39,667 nt of DNA from contig JABLTG010000172.1 in the NCBI GenBank assembly GCA_016618085.1, positions 1-39,667 on the forward strand. The letters are read 5' to 3'. The DNA comes from Neovahlkampfia damariscottae. Its lineage: Eukaryota. The translations under genes and the position numbers were made by a program. Positions 35,101 to 39,667 of the stretch are shown here, in pieces. A model generated the notes under the pieces. It was not told the origin of the DNA, searched no databases, and worked only from the letters and a program-made list of their open reading frames with translations. The first letter of the stretch is position 1; each line of letters opens with the position of its first letter.

Positions 35101-38100
35101 CGTTCCATACATTATTAGAAATCAAACTGGGCTCACATTTAAATTTTCACCAAAAAAAGATGACACAAAAGTGATTGAATTAAAAACTGGAATTGAAATT
35201 GGTTATGATTTTGAAGATGTCAAATTGAAGAATCATGAATTAGTTTTTGATTTGGATAAATTAGGAAAACATGTTGTCAATGTGAAAAAAGTACAATCTC
35301 TATTTTTCCATGATGAATCAGAAAAAACTTTGGCAATGGTTTTTTTGAACGTTGACTCAAGAGATGGAAAAAAAATTGTTACTTTAAGAAGTGGAGTTAG
35401 AGTTTCAAATACATCTACAATTCCATGGACTATTGGTATAACATCCAATGGATCAAACTACACTAAGATTGGAAATGTAGATCCTTGTGATTACATTTCA
35501 ATTCCAATTCCTCACATTTTTTCAGGCTATCTCGCAATAAGACCAACAGACAACGATTCATTTGATTGGACACCATTTGGATTGTCTCTTCAAATTACAG
35601 AGTTGATGAAGTCAAAAAGGAAGCATCAAATGTTTGAATGTCGATCAACAAATCCTTTTGAACCAGCACTCGCTTATTATTTTACTTTGAAAACAAAATG
35701 TGAAAAGGAAATTACTGAAAAAGATTTGAAAGAAATTGAAAAACAACCTCATTTGTTTCAAAAATTTGATTATAATTTTGAAATTCAATGCCCATTTTCA
35801 TTCAGAAATTTATTAGAATGCACTATTGATTATGAAGTATTTGATAAATCAACTTTAAAATCAAAACCTATGGTTGTTGCCAGTGGTAAATTGTCAAGAG
35901 GAGAAAGAGTATTTTTATATAAAATTGATTTAGAAAATATCATTTTAATGAGATGTAAACCAGAAGGAAAGGATTGGAAATACAATGAAGATGGTGCAGC
36001 TTTAGTATATTCAAATCCATTAAAAGTTGATACATCAGCATGTTCAAATTCATATCATGCTTTTGAATCCCTTAGAGGAAAAAAAAGACGTTTAGATATT
36101 CTCATTGATTACATTTCAGATTCAAAACATTCATACAAAGAAATATTACTTTATGTTTCTCATTGGATTATCAATAAGACAAATATGATGTTAAATATCA
36201 AAAACAAAAATATTGATTTTGAACTTTATGGAAATAATGAAGCGATGTTGGTTTCTTTCAGACCATCTGCAAGAATGATTCAATTGTCAGCTTTGGATTC
36301 TCAATTCACAAATCCATTTACCATTGACAAAATTGGTCAAGCAGGTAATCATTGTCTTGAAAATGATACAAATCGTTTTGATATTGCCCATGATGTTGTT
36401 ATTGCTCCAACTCCATTCTTTAGAACAAAAATTTTGATTTTTTCACCAAAAATGATTTTATTTAATGAAACCAACATGAAAATTGGAATTGTTCAATACA
36501 AATCTGATATTGTTGATGAATTGAAACCAGGACAAAGCAAAAATTATTTTTGGCCTGACAAAACCATACAAAAACCAATGATTTGTTTAAAGGTTGGAGA
36601 TATTGTTTCTTCTCCATTTTCTGTTGATTATATTGGAGATACACCTATCAAAATTAGTGATAAAACACAAAAACAACCACTCATTTTGGATGTTCAAATT
36701 CAATTGAAAAATGGATCTTTATCAATTATTTTATACAAACCTGATAAACCTCCGTATTTGATTATCAATGAAACAGATTATGATTTTCAAATTCATCAAG
36801 TTAATGTTGAAGATACAACTTGGAAAATTGAAAAATCAAGCAAACATGATTTTTCTTGGGATGATAATTTAACAGTTCATTCAATTAAACTGAATATTTT
36901 AAATCAATCCATTTTATTTCAATTAGACGAATTATTAAAAGAAACAAAATATTCAATTGGACTTGGAAAACATATTTATGCATCAATTTCAGCAAAAGGT
37001 CCAACAAAAGTCTTACGTGTCACAAAGAAAAGAATTGATAAAAATGAAAAAGGAGAATCCGATCATGATATTCCAAAATTTTCATTAGATGTCACAATTC
37101 CATCTATTGGTATTTCAATCATTGACAAATTACCACAAGAGATATTATTTGTATATTTTGAAACATTGAAAGTTTCAATTTTCCAAACTTCAAAAAAGAG
37201 ATATTATGATTTAAAAATTGACAGATTAGAAGTTAATAATCAAATGAGAGATGCAATATTTCCAATACTTTTTAGTAGTTATAAAAAAAGAGCAGGAAAA
37301 GAATTTATTCATTTGTCTGCTTGTCAAACCATTGCCAAAACATTTGCTAATGAAATACCTTATTTTTCATTTGCTATGCAAGAAGCAGAAGTCAATATTG
37401 ATTATATATTCCTCAAACAAATAGCTGATTATGTTAAAGCAATTGTTCTTATTAACAAAGAAAATAAAGAAAAAGAAGTTGATGAAAATTTGAAAAAACT
37501 TCAAGAATTCTCATTTGATGTGAAACCAAAAAATGCAAAGAAATTCTATTTTGATTCATTTGAATTACATCCTTTAAAATTTACGATTACATTTCGATAT
37601 AATACAAAGAGTCAAGCTGAATCCAGTGAAACATATATCAATACTTTTTTGAATTCAATTGGAACTACAGTCGCAAATATTGATGAAATTGAACTTTGTT
37701 TGAATTCATTAATTTTGAAACATCCATTTGAAACTCAAAAAAGTTTAATTGAAAAAATTAAAATTCATTATCAAAGAGCTGTTTCTTTAGAAATTTATAA
37801 ATTTATTGGTGGAATGAATGCAATTGGAAATCCAATTGGTTTATTCAATGATTTAGGAACTGGTGTGACAGATTTCTTTTATGAACCTGCTCAAGCTATA
37901 TTCATGGTAGAATCACCACTTGAATTAATTGCTGGAATATCAAGAGGTTCTGAATCTTTGATAAAAAAATCACTTCATGGAACATTTGGAACAGCATCAA
38001 AAATATCAACTACTTTCAGAAAAGGTCTTGATTTTCTCACATTCGATGAAGATTACAAACAAATCAAAGAAGAAAATTTATTGAAAAAATCATATGGTGT

Positions 38101-38713
38101 TGCTGAAGGATTCTCAGATGGATCAAGAGAATTAATTGGAGGTATTTCAAATGGAATTACAGGGATTGTAACTAATCCTATAAATGGTATTCGAAGAGAT
38201 GGAGCATTTGGATTAATCAAAGGAATTGGTAAAGGTTTAATTGGAGTTCCAATGAAATCAGCATCTGGAATTTTAACATTTGTATCAAAAACAACAGAAG
38301 GTATTTCAAACATTGGAAAAGAAAATGTAAAAAGAATTAGACCACCAAGATTATTCAATGAAGAAGGGTTGGTCCTAATCTATAAAGAAAATGAATCAAA
38401 ATTATTTGATTTATTGTATCATTTAAGTGATGGTGCATATAAAAAGGAAAAGATGATTTCTTACTTAATTGATATGAAATCTGATTCCTTTATCATTTTG
38501 ACTAATAATTATTTGATTTGTATTGATAATATTTCTTTGGGAATCATTTGGTCTGTTGAAAGAAAAAATATTTTGAAAAAGAAATTTTTGGAAAATGAAT
38601 CAATAATTGAGATTGAAGTACCAAGTCAATCATACTTTTTTGGAAATCCAATTCATAAATTCACATCAAAAAGTAAACAAAAAACAATTTCGTTTTTTGA
38701 AAAGTTACAATAA
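29168..38713 (+). CDS. VPS13: VPS13 family bridge-like lipid transfer protein (7 introns, all before 31206)
   Basis: Chorein-N MVFEKIVATLLDRFLGKYV, WEPILEPW, VAB-region repeats, GNPIGLFNDLGTGVTDFFYEP, ATG_C glycine repeats and RIRPPR. Confidence 0.97.
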
Positions 38714-38810
38714 ACATTAAAATTTGGTTTTGATAAACTTTTTAATGCATTAAAAATAGAAACCAATCAAAATCTATTTAAAAATAAACAAAACAATAGG
38801 AATAAACACA

Positions 38811-39551
38811 ATGAATACATTCATTCATCATGATGGTAGAGTCATTAAATACCAACCATGTTTGAAACTAAAATTTGAAAAGAATTTCACCACACTTAAT
38901 CAAACAAACATTCCAAAAGAAATAATTTTTTTGATTCTTTCATTTTCAAATGAACATGATTTAGTCAATTTAAGTTATGTAAATCATCAATTTTTTTATT
39001 TTTCTTCTCATGATACACTTTGGAAAATTATTAATGAAAATTTGAGCAAAACCAAAATATATTGGCCGATTTCAAAAAGAACATCTGAAGAAAAATGGAA
39101 GAGTTATTATTTGAAATTGTCAAAAATAGAAAAACAAGTTCAAAATATTTGGCAAAATGTTGAATTATTTCTTTCAACTTCTGCAAGTTTTTCATTGAAA
39201 CTACCTGCAACAAAAGAAGATATTAAAACATTAGAAGATGTATTCTCAATTCCTTTAGATATAGGGTTTTCATTATCTATTCATAATGGTTCAGCAAATT
39301 CAAATGAAGAAGTTTTTGGTGTTTTAGGAGAGTACAAATTTTCTTCAATTGAAGAAATGATTGAAGATTATGAAATCTTGAAGAAAAAGGAAATTTTTGA
39401 TTATTTACCATTATCGGATTATTTTCAATCATCAAAATTTTATTGTTGTGATACTAAAGGAAAGATTTATTTGATGGATCATGGAAATGAAGTGAACCAA
39501 ATGAATAATGGTTGGTTGGAATACTTGTGTCATTTAATAGACGGCCAATGA
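38811..39551 (+). CDS. F-box protein with an SMI1/KNR4 (SUKH) domain
   Basis: IPKEIIFLILSF...LSYVNHQF...LWK F-box; LKLPATKEDIKTLE...IPLD...SLSIHNG SMI1 motif. Confidence 0.85.
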   Translation: MNTFIHHDGRVIKYQPCLKLKFEKNFTTLNQTNIPKEIIFLILSFSNEHDLVNLSYVNHQFFYFSSHDTLWKIINENLSKTKIYWPISKRTSEEKWKSYYLKLSKIEKQVQNIWQNVELFLSTSASFSLKLPATKEDIKTLEDVFSIPLDIGFSLSIHNGSANSNEEVFGVLGEYKFSSIEEMIEDYEILKKKEIFDYLPLSDYFQSSKFYCCDTKGKIYLMDHGNEVNQMNNGWLEYLCHLIDGQ

Positions 39552-39623
39552 ATTGATGGTTATTGTGATAAAAGTGGCCAATTAGATTTAATTTTGCCAG
39601 TTATTTTTACTTGAAGTTGTTCA

Positions 39624-39653
39624 AGTTGAACAAAAAAGACCTTTTGTTCAACT
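39624..39653. repeat. 12-bp perfect inverted repeat (hairpin)
   Basis: AGTTGAACAAAA-aagacc-TTTTGTTCAACT. Confidence 0.7.
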
Positions 39654-39667
39654 AGAAAATACTGAAA

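Noticed and set aside
33024..38358. Short antisense and alternate-frame ORFs inside VPS13 and other genes
   Set aside because: They are shadow ORFs arising from codon bias on the real coding strand and have no recognisable motifs.
1..39667. tRNA, rRNA, snRNA genes or CRISPR arrays
   Set aside because: I saw no recognisable signatures by eye, and the intergenic spaces are mostly too short. A tRNAscan/Rfam run would be needed to exclude small RNAs.

Overview
Very AT-rich, extremely gene-dense eukaryotic (protist) nuclear DNA read with the standard genetic code. It may come from a heterolobosean-like amoeba, inferred only weakly from the 7TM-RGS gene and overall style. Positions 1-4350 look like the right end of a degraded Polinton/Maverick-like or virophage-like endogenous element. 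It holds a frameshifted protein-primed PolB fused in frame to the C-terminal half of an A32-like packaging ATPase, three small ORFs, and a frameshifted TPR + ADP-ribosyltransferase-fold cargo gene. It ends in a GC-richer structured terminus, ...CCTACTACT. From 4423 onward there are 19 intact host genes: CAR-like GPCR, IMPase, BPI/LBP, 7TM-RGS, endonuclease IV, GNAT, two TMEM135 paralogs, PARG, NYN RNase, TBC RabGAP, zeta-carbonic-anhydrase-like protein, mtHsp70, Dsn1-like protein, P4-ATPase, CDGSH protein, amino-acid permease, VPS13 and F-box/SMI1. The introns I reconstructed are all GT-AG and 29-41 nt. Intergenic spacers are tiny, and a CCAAT box lies within about 50 nt of the ATG in 17 of 19 host genes. 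All calls come from manual motif reading, with no database search.
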